A stretch of 64,000 nucleotides of DNA, from assembly GCA_012026655.1 (NCBI GenBank), contig JAAILG010000005.1:124001-188000 (forward strand). Reading direction: 5' to 3'. Under the pieces are notes generated by a model. That model had not been told where the DNA came from, ran no database searches, and worked only from the letters and a program-made list of their open reading frames with translations. Both the position numbers and the translations under genes were made by a program. This document shows positions 11,966 through 23,509 of this stretch, one piece after another. Numbering within the stretch: the stretch's first letter is position 1; each line of letters opens with the position of its first letter. The stretch is from Hydrolagus affinis. Its lineage: Eukaryota.

Positions 11966-13250
11966 CCACACACGCACAATTCAGAAAGCCAACCAAACAA
12001 CAATCTAACTGGCCAAAAAAAAAGCAAAGCTTGTAATAAATAATTAAATATTAGGCTTAATTTAAGTTGAAGAGCCAACCTTGGTTTGCCACTAAAGTGT
12101 ATCCTGAACAACTCTAAGCAATTGCAACTATCAAATCCATTCCAATCCATTCTGCCAAAGCCGAGAGCCACAAACTATAATTGTGATTATTATATACACT
12201 ATGACTGTGAAGAGGATAAGGGTGGGGGCGGGATTAGAGACTTTTGTATCCTGTCACCAAATTCCTCCATTTATTCTGCAGAAAAGCTCATTCAGACACA
12301 CAATCTCTCCGACGGTAACAGGATGAAGCCATTGTCTGGTACCGCACACCACCCAAGAGACAGACCCATAAGATTTTGGTTCAATTCATGTTCCCATCAA
12401 CTTTTGATCTTAGCTAGAGCAATACCCGCAGATACTACAATTGCCCAAAGCACCCATGATCTCAGGATGGGAAAAATATATTCTACAAAGCCAGGAGAAG
12501 ATTATTTTCTCTACTGATTGTGTGGTCCATGCCAGAAGTTAGCAAGCAGGGTAATAAGCATGGAGGGTACTGTATTAAAAATGGAACTGACACTTCACAT
12601 TCATGTAGTGCTTTTCAGGGATTGGGAGTCGAGACATTCTTGCAACATGGCGTAGGAAGTATTGTGCCCAGAACAGGGAAAAGGGAGAGAGATCATATCA
12701 AAAGAAATGTCAAAATTACATTTTGTAGTTGGACAGTCTACTTAAACTGTGCAGTATATTGCATTTGTTTCTGACAAAGATATAATTAAGATAAGTGTAT
12801 ACAATTTCTAGAAACTCAACCCTCTCCTACAATATACCATTTGCGTGCAGTCCAGTTTGCCATGTGCTCAAAATCTCTCAAGTACATTTACTTTCCCAAG
12901 ATTTGATGAACAGTGGAATAGAAAATGCATACATGTGATAGTAATAATCATCCGTGCATTTTCTATACCGTCTGTAATGTTGAAATGTTCAAAAGAGCTT
13001 CACAGGGAATTGCTGTCAAGTGAGGGAACTATGAATTAGTCGGCAAATATGTGATATTCACACCTAAGTAGAAGAAAGGAGTCAAATGCCACATATGCTT
13101 TCAGGTGCTGCATGCAAGTTACAATCTTTTGAAATTTGTTTCCTGCATTCTACAAATGTAAAACATTGTTATGTACAGAGTAATAAGACCGTGAAACTTT
13201 AAAATGGATCAACCTTGAAACATGTCTTTTTATAAACCCTCAGAAGGATA

Positions 13251-13388
13251 ATGCACAATTGGCTGTCACGTTTCACCCACAAAACATACAGTCAATTCAC
13301 TTTACCGTATATTCTGTAAAGCACTTTGAAACGTCTTGAAGATGTGATAAGGCGAGATATCAAATGCAAGGACTATTATGTTATTATG
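13251..13388 (+). mobile_element. (ATT)n-tailed SINE 3' half
   Basis: CAATTGGCTG..CCCACAAAACATACAGTCAATTCACTTTAC..ATATCAAATGCAAGGACTATTAT. Confidence 0.85.
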
Positions 13389-13445
13389 TTTAGTGTAGAA
13401 TCCACATAAGCATAATATGACGCTACCCTACAGTATATGATATAT

Positions 13446-13497
13446 AATAATATTTGCATTTGATATCACAGCTCATCATGTCCTTGAGACATCTCAA
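13446..13497 (-). mobile_element. (ATT)n-tailed SINE tail fragment
   Basis: TTGCATTTGATATC..GAGACATCTCAAA. Confidence 0.7.
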
Positions 13498-13780
13498 ATT
13501 CAAGTTGTTGTAATGTCAAAATATTCTGAGAGTAAATTGACTCTTATTTGTCACCCCCCCACATCCAACCATATCTTTTTCCAGGGCACGTAGCTGTTTC
13601 AGCTAAGACTGACCATTCATCAACAGGAGGTGTAAGCGTGCAGCCAAAGACAACTTGGTGAGGAGGTTTTTGCCCTCAGCTATCACTCACAATGTAGCTG
13701 AGCTCAACAACCTGGCAAAAATGGAAACTTCATCCCACTTACTCCACTGCACCATGTTGCTGTTCCAATGGCCCATCCGT

Positions 13781-14093
13781 GTGGAGTCCTGCAGCTCAGT
13801 GGTTGGAGCACTCGCCTTACAAGCGTGAGACCTGTGCTCAAATCCAAGCAGGTCAGGGCGAAACCTTGGGCAAGTTTCCTTATTCCACATGCCTAATAAT
13901 AATCCCTCAAAAAACAATTGGTCATTTTCAATCCACGACTGTTTGTAGGACACTGCTGTGTGCAATTAGCTGCTGCCTTTCGCCCACAAATATACGGTCA
14001 ATTCACTTTATAGTATATTCTGTGAAGCGCTTTGAGATGTCTACAACAAGAAGACATGAAAAGCGCTATATCAAATGTAAAGATTATTATTAT
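13781..14093 (+). mobile_element. Full-length tRNA-derived SINE (resembles Callorhinchus SINE2-1_CM)
   Basis: tRNA-like head GGAGTCCTGCAGCTCAGTGGTTGGAGCACTCGCCTTACAAGCG with A box and degenerate B box. Body GGACACTGCTGTGTGCAATTAGCTGC. L2-type tail GAAAAGCGCTATATCAAATGTAAAG(ATT)n. Colinear with the copies at 19831 and 54562. Family name is from memory. Confidence 0.9.
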
Positions 14094-14559
14094 GACACAG
14101 GTCTGTAAATAAGTCAGTATTTTTAAGTTAAGAATTTGAGGGGTAAGGAATTGTTCTTTTACTTCAAACTCTAAAACAGTAGGTTCTATAAATGTAATTT
14201 TCTATAATTTGAAACTTCAAACTGCGTCATCCTAAGAAGATGGTTCTTAACTTGAAAGGATGTAACCACTGCCCATTTTACACCATCTGTAGCAAGGCTG
14301 TTCTGGGTGGGGCAGCCACTACTAACAGCTGTCGCAGTGCAGGAAGTCAGACATGAGCAAAATATATCACAACTTTGTTTCTGTAATACACTCCAGAAGC
14401 TGTATTCACTTTTATCTCTTAAATAATGTGCTCCGATGTTTCAACTATTCACATAATCTGTTAACCAATACATTTCTCATCGGCTTATCTGCACTGTTGC
14501 AATGTTTTGCACAATATCATGTAGAAGTCAATCTGCATTGACTGTGCCAAAGCATCCAA

Positions 14560-14900
14560 TTGTGGACAGCCACACGAAATTTGGACAACAGAGATTTAAA
14601 TCGCAAGATACAATTTAGAATTGTGCTTGTAGGAATTAGAGGAATGAGCAAACAATTACACATATGAAGAATTTTCAATCTTGAAAAGATTCTGAGTGGG
14701 ATTTGTAAAGTCAGAACAATACGTTTGAATGCACTGAGGCAGAAGAACAAGTGAACACAGATTTAAAGTTGCAAAGGTCAATTCTAGCAATGATTCCAAG
14801 TGTTTCTTTACCCAGTGGGTAATTAATGACCATAACTGGTTACCAGGAAAGGTAGTTGAATCTTGGATGGTGTGAAAAGGAGATAGGTATTTTGGAAGGT
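14560..14900 (+). mobile_element. Decayed CR1 ORF2 C-terminal fragment
   Basis: AGAACAAGTGAACACAGATTTAAAGTT..TTCTTTACCCAGTGGGTAATTAAT..TTACCAGGAAAGGTAGTTGAA, a RTRGHxxK..FFxQRVxNxWNxLPxxVVE-like stretch. Confidence 0.6.
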
Positions 14901-16155
14901 CAAGTTCAAATAGATTAAAGGCACTTTCTAAATTTCTCCTGTGATTTGTGAAGCACAACAGGATTAAAATGGAAGGTCAAATAATGAACCAACCCAATCA
15001 TCTATTATAAGCATGCAAACTGTATCAACTTTGCGCATTGGGAGTATAGTTTTGGCCCCTCGTAGTACCAAAGCATTGCACAACCAACAATTAATGGATG
15101 AGAAGTCCTGTGCTCAATGGGGCACAAAGCCAAACAAAAAAAAATCATATTATTTATAGAAAGAAAGTGGCAAACAAAGAAGAGAAATACAGTATTTGGC
15201 ATCAACTTATCATAGCACATAAATCTATTGATACCTATAGGGACCTAAACTGATGGACCTCAGACATGTGCCTCCAGGCTTTAGGCCAGCTTTCTCCGCA
15301 GAGAAAGCTGTTTTTACTAACTTCAACAACATAAAGTGAATGTTTTTTTTAGCTGGTTTGCACGCTTGCAGTTGAAGGCATGGTTCAACAAATATTCCAG
15401 CCCAAACTGCGTTATTTAATACTGCATTTCTTAAAACTAAAAGAAAGCATTTAATTTTCCGTTTGATTTAAATTCTACAAGCAGCTATTGCTGTGATATA
15501 TAAAACTGATCATGCTGCATTCAAAGAGGTACATCATAACTATTTACCACTATAATTATTGATCAAGTCCTTTATTTTGAAGGCACACCAATCTGCTCCC
15601 TTTATGCAACGTGACTTGATTTCAAACAAGGTAACTTACATTGTCCTTATTGCTTCTTGCCTTCTTAGATTTAACTAAATGCAGATTACCACACACACAT
15701 CTCTTCTCCCAAGACACGTGACTGACACTCCTCTGCAATGCTGTTAACCAACTCAAGCTTCCTGCAACTCTTCGCTCTGCTGTGACCCATTAAACATAAA
15801 AAGTTTTACTTTACACTAAATGCAATGGCTCCAAATAATGCTAATCTTACATATGGGAGTTATTAAACACATTCAACAAGTTTATTCAAATTCCCTACTT
15901 CTAAGCAACACCACAATGAAACTCTTGACCTCTCATCTATTAGAACATAAAATGGGATAAAATTATGCAGAAGTAGAGAATGAGTTTGTTCTTTAGAAAT
16001 GCTATGATAATAAACAGATAATAGATTGTAAGTAATTACTCTGCAATTCTGACTTTCATTGCTGTGAATCATCATTTAAGCAGAGGAGTAGTCAGACAGC
16101 TGGGTGACCGTTACAGACAATATCATTCAGAGTTCATCTTAGTAGGTGGTACACT

Positions 16156-16285
16156 TAATAATAATAATCCTTGCATTTGGTATTTGATGCCTTATTGCAG
16201 CTTCGAGACATCTCAAAGCCCTTCACGGAATATACCATAAAATGAATTGACTGTATATTTTGTGGGCGAAACTCGGCAACCAATT
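16156..16285 (-). mobile_element. (ATT)n-tailed SINE 3' half
   Basis: TAATAATCCTTGCATTTG..GAATTGACTGTATATTTTGTGGGCGAAA. Confidence 0.85.
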
Positions 16286-17505
16286 TGGCAACACTTGACA
16301 CAAAGAGAGGCCGGTTCAATGTTTCCTCTCCTCTCTCAACCAAACTATGCAAAATGGCAAGACCATTTATGAAACCAATCTGTTGTGGTCAGATTTTAAT
16401 TTTAGCCAATATAGGGTACATGGCTCAAACTATGAACTGCGGTGGGAGTCACTTAGCTCCTCAACCTTTGCGTTACTGGATTTTAATGATCTTTGCTAAA
16501 ACTAAAAAGTGTACTAGCAATTGAAAGGAGAAATTACAGCCACAAGGCAGCCCATTGAAGCTATGCTGGCCATAAGAGCTATCCCTCTCTATTCACAATT
16601 CAATGCTCTATGCTGGAACCTTATTTTTTAATATTGCGCTCTTAATATACAGTTAACCAATTCCCTGTTAAACAATGTTACGGTCTTAGTTTCAATTGTC
16701 ATGTATGGCAAAGTAATTTGTGGAGAATGGGGAGGGGGAATACAATTTAATTTACAGCTCAGAAGTTGATCAATTATAAGTACGAGTCCTAACATCCCAC
16801 AAGAGGATGTCCATAACCCAATCATCCAACCACCCAACAGGTTGAACTTTTATTAGGAAAAATTAAGCTGCTTTGTTGCGGTGGTGATGGTTGTTGTGGA
16901 GGGGTGGGGGGTGGGAGAAAGGGAAAGATAAACACATATAAATAATAGAAAAAGGAAACTTAACATGTCCAAAGTGACTTTGTGTAATTAATCAAAGATG
17001 ACTTGGCAAGGAAATTATTCAGTCCTGATTTTTGACTGGAATCACTCTATTACTCTACTGTTAACTGTCCCTTTAACAGGTACTTTGAACCTTAAGGAAC
17101 AAGCACTCACAAACTCCTCAGTTGGATCCCAGCACTCATCGGTCTTATTTACAAATTGTGATCTGTGTAAAAAATCTGAAAAGTCTATACTGAGGTCAAA
17201 AATGAACAGATGTTAATGCGGGAAATAAAAAAAAGTATTGCTGTATTTCACCATAATAGAAAGTAAAAACAGATATATTTCTGAGCAAGGAATCCAGCAA
17301 TGAACTGAAAGTTATTTATACTCCGAAATGGCTTTACAAACCCAATTCTGTAATAACTGTGGTTCTGCAATGGAGCTTTATGACAGACCTTCAATACACT
17401 GAAACTGTATTTAGAAAAAAAGGAGCTTATAATTGGAACACATATTTGCAGGGTTCCAGATGACTGCCACATTTTATTTTTAATATGTCCAACCAAACGT
17501 TTGGA

Positions 17506-17720
17506 GCAAAAACAGAAATCGCTGGGAACACTCAGAAGGTCAGGCAGCATCTATGGAGGAAGGAAAGTGAGTCAACGTTTCAGGTCCATGACCCTATTTC
17601 AGTACTTTGTCAGTTCTGATGAAAGGTTGTGGACCTGAAAGGTTGTGGACCTGTGAGTGCTTGTTCTCAGCAATTTCAGTTTTTTGTTTCAGACTTCCAG
17701 CATCTGCAGTATTTTGCGCA
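17506..17720. mobile_element. Inverted pair of Penelope-like terminal-repeat relics carrying hammerhead-like motifs
   Basis: Left arm (AAACAGAAATCGCTGGGAACACTCAGAAGGTCAGGCAGCATC..AACGTTTCAGGTC) is the reverse complement of the family seen at 35341-35443 and, partly, of the right arm. CTGATGA..GAAA core at 17616-17640. The PLE assignment is inference. Confidence 0.7.
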
Positions 17721-19319
17721 AAAGATTGGAATTTTGGGGGGAGAATGTTTTTCAATGTGGAAGTTCACTGCAGAATATTTTCTACAAATTACTCCATCCA
17801 GACTCTTGTAACTTATTCGTATAGCTATGACACAACGTAGTAGATAAGAGGATGAGGATGTGAAAATGGTCAGTCGTGAAAATAAAGCAATGAACTGTGC
17901 ATTCAGCAAATGACTGAGACAGTCCTTCAATGTGTTGCTGCTCAGAGGTTGGCAGATTCTGCTGGGATGAGGAGAGGGAAGGGAAAGTGATATAGATTGA
18001 TGCTACTGTGGTGATTATTTCAGGAAACGGACTGCAAACCAATCATAATTCCTCATTTCTTTTCTGGAAGGCAGGAAAAATATTGAAACACTTGTTGGCA
18101 TTCGTGTTTAATTGGAGCCAAACACGGAATGCAATCACTCTTTTATAACCGAAGCTAGTAGCTTTGGACCTTGGCAAGAACGTCTGTTGTTGCTAATGTG
18201 TTGACAGGTACAGAGCTGAAATAGCGTAACCAAGGATCCCAAGGGATTCTGTTAAACCTATTATGTCTGTAAAAATATTGGATGATTTGCAGCAATTCTT
18301 TTTCTTTTGTTGCTCTCTGCTAATTAATATTAAGGATGTTAACCTGCCAGCAAGCTGTCTACCTTGTAGCTTTTGGCTCTGGGCGCTGGATGGGATTCAA
18401 CTATGATTAAACCTGTTTCCTTGCCTACTCCTTTCAGCTAATACAGTCCATTCCACTAAAGTGAACGGATGATAAGTGATTACATCCGTTAACAAAAAAG
18501 AATTTATGAAATACTTTATAAATCATTACATTGCTCTCAACTACTCTAGAGCAACAATTAAGAACAGACGTTACTAAGCACAGTACAGTATAAGGAACTG
18601 GCAGATTTTTAGTAGAAAGTCAGCTCACACATGAGGAAGCCAGCAATGCAATGTAGAGAGTAATGGGGAGAAAAGGGGAACATTACACAAGAAATTCTCT
18701 TTTTCGTTTTAAAATGAAAGATGAATTTGTTTAATGAAAACTGGTCTTCACTGATCATCTTGTGGCTCAATGGTCCACAATGCAGCTCTCCATTGAACTA
18801 ACACAAGAATCCTTTTAGTAAAATATATTCTGAATGATTTTTCCTCATTGGCCCTGGTTGAGAGAGGTGACGGGTTACCAACTCAGTACCGGAGGGTGGT
18901 GGGGGCGGAGGGGAGAGAGATAATCATACGTATAAGTGACCACCCCATCAGCAGTAAACAGAGCAAATACTAATAGTTATACTGTATTAAGAAACAATTA
19001 AGAGCACAAGCAGTACAATAGAAGATGTTGGTTGATTTCAACTTGAACACATTCAGAAAGTTATGCAGAAATGAGACAGTATTGAATGACAAAGAGTAGT
19101 GAAGATGAGGGGCGAGGGGGAATGAGGTTCTTGTTTAAAAATATTACACCTGCAAAATAAAAACAGATTAGGAAATATTGAAGGAACATTGAATTGAATG
19201 CTACTTTAAAAAAGCCTGAACAGAAATAGAGAATTAGGAAAAGTTTCTAAATCAGCGTATAACTTTAAGGATTATTACTACATTTTGGGAGGACAAGTTT
19301 CCCCACTACATTTGGGGTG

Positions 19320-19449
19320 GACAAGTTTGCAGGGTTATACGGAGAGAGTCAGAGAATTGGATTGACTTTGAATCTCTTTTCAAAGAGCTGGCACAGACAC
19401 GTTGGGCCGAATGGCCTCCTTTTGTGCTGTAAAATTCTATGATTCTATA
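19320..19449 (+). mobile_element. CR1 3' end
   Basis: AAAGAGCTGGCACAGACACGTTGGGCCGAATGGCCTCCTTTTGTGCTGTAAAATTCTATGATTCTAT terminal motif with an ATTCTATG repeat. Confidence 0.8.
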
Positions 19450-19499
19450 AATGACAGCTTTGTGATGCACTGCTCCAAACAAAAACCTCAAATGCTGAA

Positions 19500-19665
19500 A
19501 CAATTCAAGTGTTTAAAAGGGATACACATAGACACTTTGGGGGAAGTAAAGGTATTAAGAGATATGGAGCAAACACAGAGAAATGAGATTGGAAAGATAA
19601 AGAGCTGCCATAAACTAATAAAACGGTGGAACAGGCCTGATGGCCTCTTCCTGTTCCTAACTGTG
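19500..19665 (+). mobile_element. CR1 3' end fragment (second subfamily)
   Basis: AAAGGTATTAAGAGATATGGAG..GGTGGAACAGGC..ATGGCCTCTTCCTGTTCCT. Confidence 0.65.
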
Positions 19666-19830
19666 TTTTTGGAAATTGAAGCAGGTTGATAAATATCAGC
19701 TCTGTGTCTAAACTTATTGTTGGGTTTTTGGGAGGGGGAGAAAGGTAAATTGGGTCTCCTTTGGTGCGGAACTGGCTCTGAGGAGATATGCCTGCCAAAT
19801 CTAGATATGACCATAAAAATCCAAGGCAAA

Positions 19831-20137
19831 TAATAATAATAATCCTTGCATTTGATTGTAGTGCTTTTCATGTCTTCTAAACGTCTCGAAATGCTTCACA
19901 TGATATACTGTAAAGTAACTGTATTATGTGTGGGCGAACAATGGTAGTCAATTGCGCATAGCAGTGTCCCACAAACTAATAGATTGAAATGACCAATTGA
20001 TTCTTGTTTTTTTTAAAAGGGATTATTATTAGGCGTGTGGAGTAAGGAAATTTGCCCAAAGTTTCACCCTAGCTGGAATTGAACCCAGGTCTCTCAATTG
20101 TAAGGCGAGTGCTCTAAGAGCTGAGCTACAGGACTCC
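19831..20137 (-). mobile_element. Full-length tRNA-derived (ATT)n-tailed SINE
   Basis: Reverse complement begins GGAGTCCTGTAGCTCAG..AGAGCACTCGCCTTACAA..GACCTGGGTTCAATTCC (B box) and ends CAAATGCAAGG(ATT)n. Confidence 0.9.
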
Positions 20138-23116
20138 AAATGTGGAGATATCTGACATGTTCTCAATCCTGTAAACCAAAAGCCCCCCAAAATTGGATAT
20201 TCCTAGCTGGGCAAGGATGATTGTTAATGGTTCCCTGTTTTGTTTGATGCAGAAAAGCAGCTCCGATCCTCAACGGGTTAATGAAAACCCCCTCATTGCG
20301 TGCCATAATAAAAACAGTTCTTTCACAGAAAGTTAGAAAAATAAAGACAAAGTACTGTCTGTACTTTTGCATTTTATTATTCTTGCCATGAGTATGGGAA
20401 CACAGATTTTTACAGATGGTAAAATGACAGCTCCAATCACTGTGCAAAATGTTCACATTACCGATGAAATCAAGAATCATGCTTCTAACAGGAGTGTAAA
20501 TTACTCTTCTATTGGGATTGACGTCAATGCTTGTGACAATGAGAAACAGAATGCGTACACACAGATAATCATTTGGAAATGTTTGTGGCTTGGGAAACCG
20601 GGAGAGAAATTGTTAGTGGAACTGACCTCAGCTGAAAGCAAAATCGTTTCTTCCTATATTTCCCAGAAAAAAGATAAGTGATATCTCATTAAATAACAGT
20701 CTTTAGCAAGATGTATGCAATGGATACATTCAAAGAACCCAGTGTTGTATTGTCCTAAAATCTTTGTTTGTAACCCGCTTTAATAGCCTGAAATGTGCAC
20801 AGCGTACAACAAATACACTTTGCTCAGAGGACAACCTCGCAGTAAACATGAAAGTCAAAACGTTAAATTTTCAGCCAGACCAATGTTCACTTTACAAAGC
20901 GAGCACGTTTCAGAGTTGAATTTAAAAAAAAACATTTTCGCTAATTTGCTTGATAGTTTAAGAATTATCCACCAGCAGCCCAGCTACTGTCTGGCAAAGA
21001 ACTAGTTTTATAAAGTTGGCTAACTTACAATGCATGATCTTAATAAAATGCAGCATACTCCTTCTGTTAACGTTTAACACAGTACAGTATATAGCTGTAA
21101 CTACTGTACAATGCCACATATAATTTTGGCAGAATATTTAGCTAAATTGTAGCAACCAACTGTACATTTTGAGTCAAGTGGACTTTTCGTTTAAAAAAGA
21201 TAAACATTAGCTTTATCTTGTTTACAGCTGTACACTTTGGGTAAGGTACATTTTAGCAAAACTACATATACAACTACAAATAACAAATCTGTTATAAAAA
21301 ATCTCCAGGATAAGTTGTTTGAAGTATCTAGCCTGATTATGATACCAAAGAGTATGAGGTTTCAAAAACATTTTTTTTAAAAAAACATAACTCACAACAC
21401 AGGTTCAAAACACTTTTCCCTACGTTTCTCACCTAATGTTTCCTGCAACAATAGGTTGGGAATATTGTAACTTAATCATTAAATTGGTCTCTGACTAACA
21501 TGCTTTGAAGAGCCAAAGCACGCAATTGATCTGGTGAAGTAAGAGAAGATTGACTACGTGAAAGCCATCAATAGGGTGGACAAAGGTTTGATAACCACAA
21601 CTGCTCTTTGCCATTGCTGGAGTTGTTATTCTGGGAGGGTCGTTGAGCCACATTGAATCAACCATTCACTTAAAAAAAGGCAATTGTCTATCACCTTGAG
21701 AACTGATGCAATTAAATTACTGTAAGTTATCAGGATGACCCAAATGGAGACAGTTGGGCACGTCTGACCCTTTACATCTGTTAATGTTTCTTTCTTGTAA
21801 CTAACAAATTGATCAAACAAGCCCTGGTGTCAAATTCATGGGAGGATTTCAATTTACGAGTAGCTGATGTGCAGAGTTCATATGTTCGGCAATTCACGAC
21901 AGACACTGGCAAAGGAAACGGGAAATAAATGTTTACTTGCTCTTTCCAAACAGGGAAGAAGGAAAACTCCCAACGCCGACTAATTTCCATGAAGAACAGA
22001 CGATTTTACAAATGGTTATGAAGCAGCATTAATCACACGTACTGTTCACAGGCCATTGAGTCAGAAACTTCCTCTCGGTGTAGATCTCAATCAGAAAGGT
22101 ACTTCAAAGCTATAATAATTAAGATTCACTGCAGCTGGCCTTTAAAAAGAAAAAAATAAGAGAGGAGTAAAGTATTATCTTGATCAAGTCCATTAAACAG
22201 TTTATCTTCACTTTGGTAGGACAGTTCCTGAGGAACGTTGCAGATAAAAAGTTTTATCTTTTGTAGATCATTTTCTTGCAGCCCACACAGAATAACCTTA
22301 TGGATAAAAAGGTTAATAGCTTTTTATGGATGGCGAATATTAAATCTTAAAATGCAGAGCTTTGCTGTGTAGTTAAAATATTTGTACTTGCATGGGTTGA
22401 GTCACCCTCAGCCTCTTTGTAATTATTTTCACATGTTCGCAGGATATTTTATGGGTGGGGAAGTGTTCAGTTAGTTTCAAAAGTTTCTGAACACGGCAAA
22501 AAAGGTAAAGCAATTCACATGCATTTCTCATAACTAATATCAGCATTAAGATTAGGATAGTTCGAAGTCACTGGAAACATTAAAATGCATCCCAATGAAA
22601 CTAAAGCCAAAGCTAATACCATTTGTTTCTTCCTGACTTCAGTGACAAAATCTAATCATTAATCTAATGATTTAGAAAATCTAATTGTTAAGAACAACAT
22701 GCAAGGCTTCTTGAAGAAACTACGATTTGCAAACTGGGATTATGGTGTTAGACACTTTTGGTAAAAGAGTCAGAAATCATGACTATGGCATTCATCACAC
22801 ACCGATGAATTTTAAGCTAGTTTCTATAACTGGAGCCACAAAAATTCAATGAGGCAAAAAATATTGATACTCCAAGAGATAGGAGCTGTGCATTTCAAGC
22901 AATAACTGGTTAATTTGTTGGTCATTTGCCTTATTGTCTCACGCATCTTGATTACAATTAGAGTTAGAGTAATGGTTAGAATGTGTTTCTCAATACTATG
23001 TTAAGGTCGTTGGACAATCTTTTTTTTGAAAAGGAGCATCATGAATAATTTGGAAATGTTATTTCGGGTCATATTATTTTATAACCAAGTTCAGGCAATC
23101 TGGCTAAATCTGAAGC

Positions 23117-23500
23117 TGCTATATGTCAGTTGGTAGCACTCTCGTCTATGGGTCAGATGATTGTGAGTTCAAGTCCAGTGTTGGGGACTATGAGTTTATG
23201 TTCTAGCCTGACATTCATTGTAATTTGGGGGGAGCGCTGTAGTGTCAGAGGTTCAGTCCTATCGATGTGGTATTAAACTGAGGTCCCAAATGCCTGTAAA
23301 TGTTAAAGATCTCATGACACTATCTGAAAAGAGAAGGGAGTTCCTCCCAGTCTCCTTGCCAACAATTCTCCAGTTAATTGATTTACCTCCTGGCAGTTTG
23401 TGAGACATTACTGTGCACAAATTGGCTACTGTGACAAATACACAGTCGCTATGGTTTATGGAAAACTGAATCACTTCTGAGACATTCCAAAGACGTAACG
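23117..23500 (+). mobile_element. Near full-length DeuSINE/SacSINE1-like SINE
   Basis: TCAGTTGGTAGCACTCTCG..GAGTTCAAGTCC head; Deu-like core (TTAAACTGAGGTCCC..AAAGATCTCATGACACTAT..GGGAGTTC); CTGTGCACAAATTGGCT 3' part. Identified from recalled consensus. Confidence 0.7.
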
Positions 23501-23509
23501 TCAAAGCAA

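Noticed and set aside
11231-12043. Plus-strand ORFs of 119 and 124 aa
   Set aside because: Antisense to CR1 ORF2.
13781-13855. Possible tRNA-Val gene (also 20065-20137, 27047-27115, 46937-47000, 54825-54904)
   Set aside because: Each continues directly into the SINE body and has broken stems; these are SINE heads, not tRNA genes.
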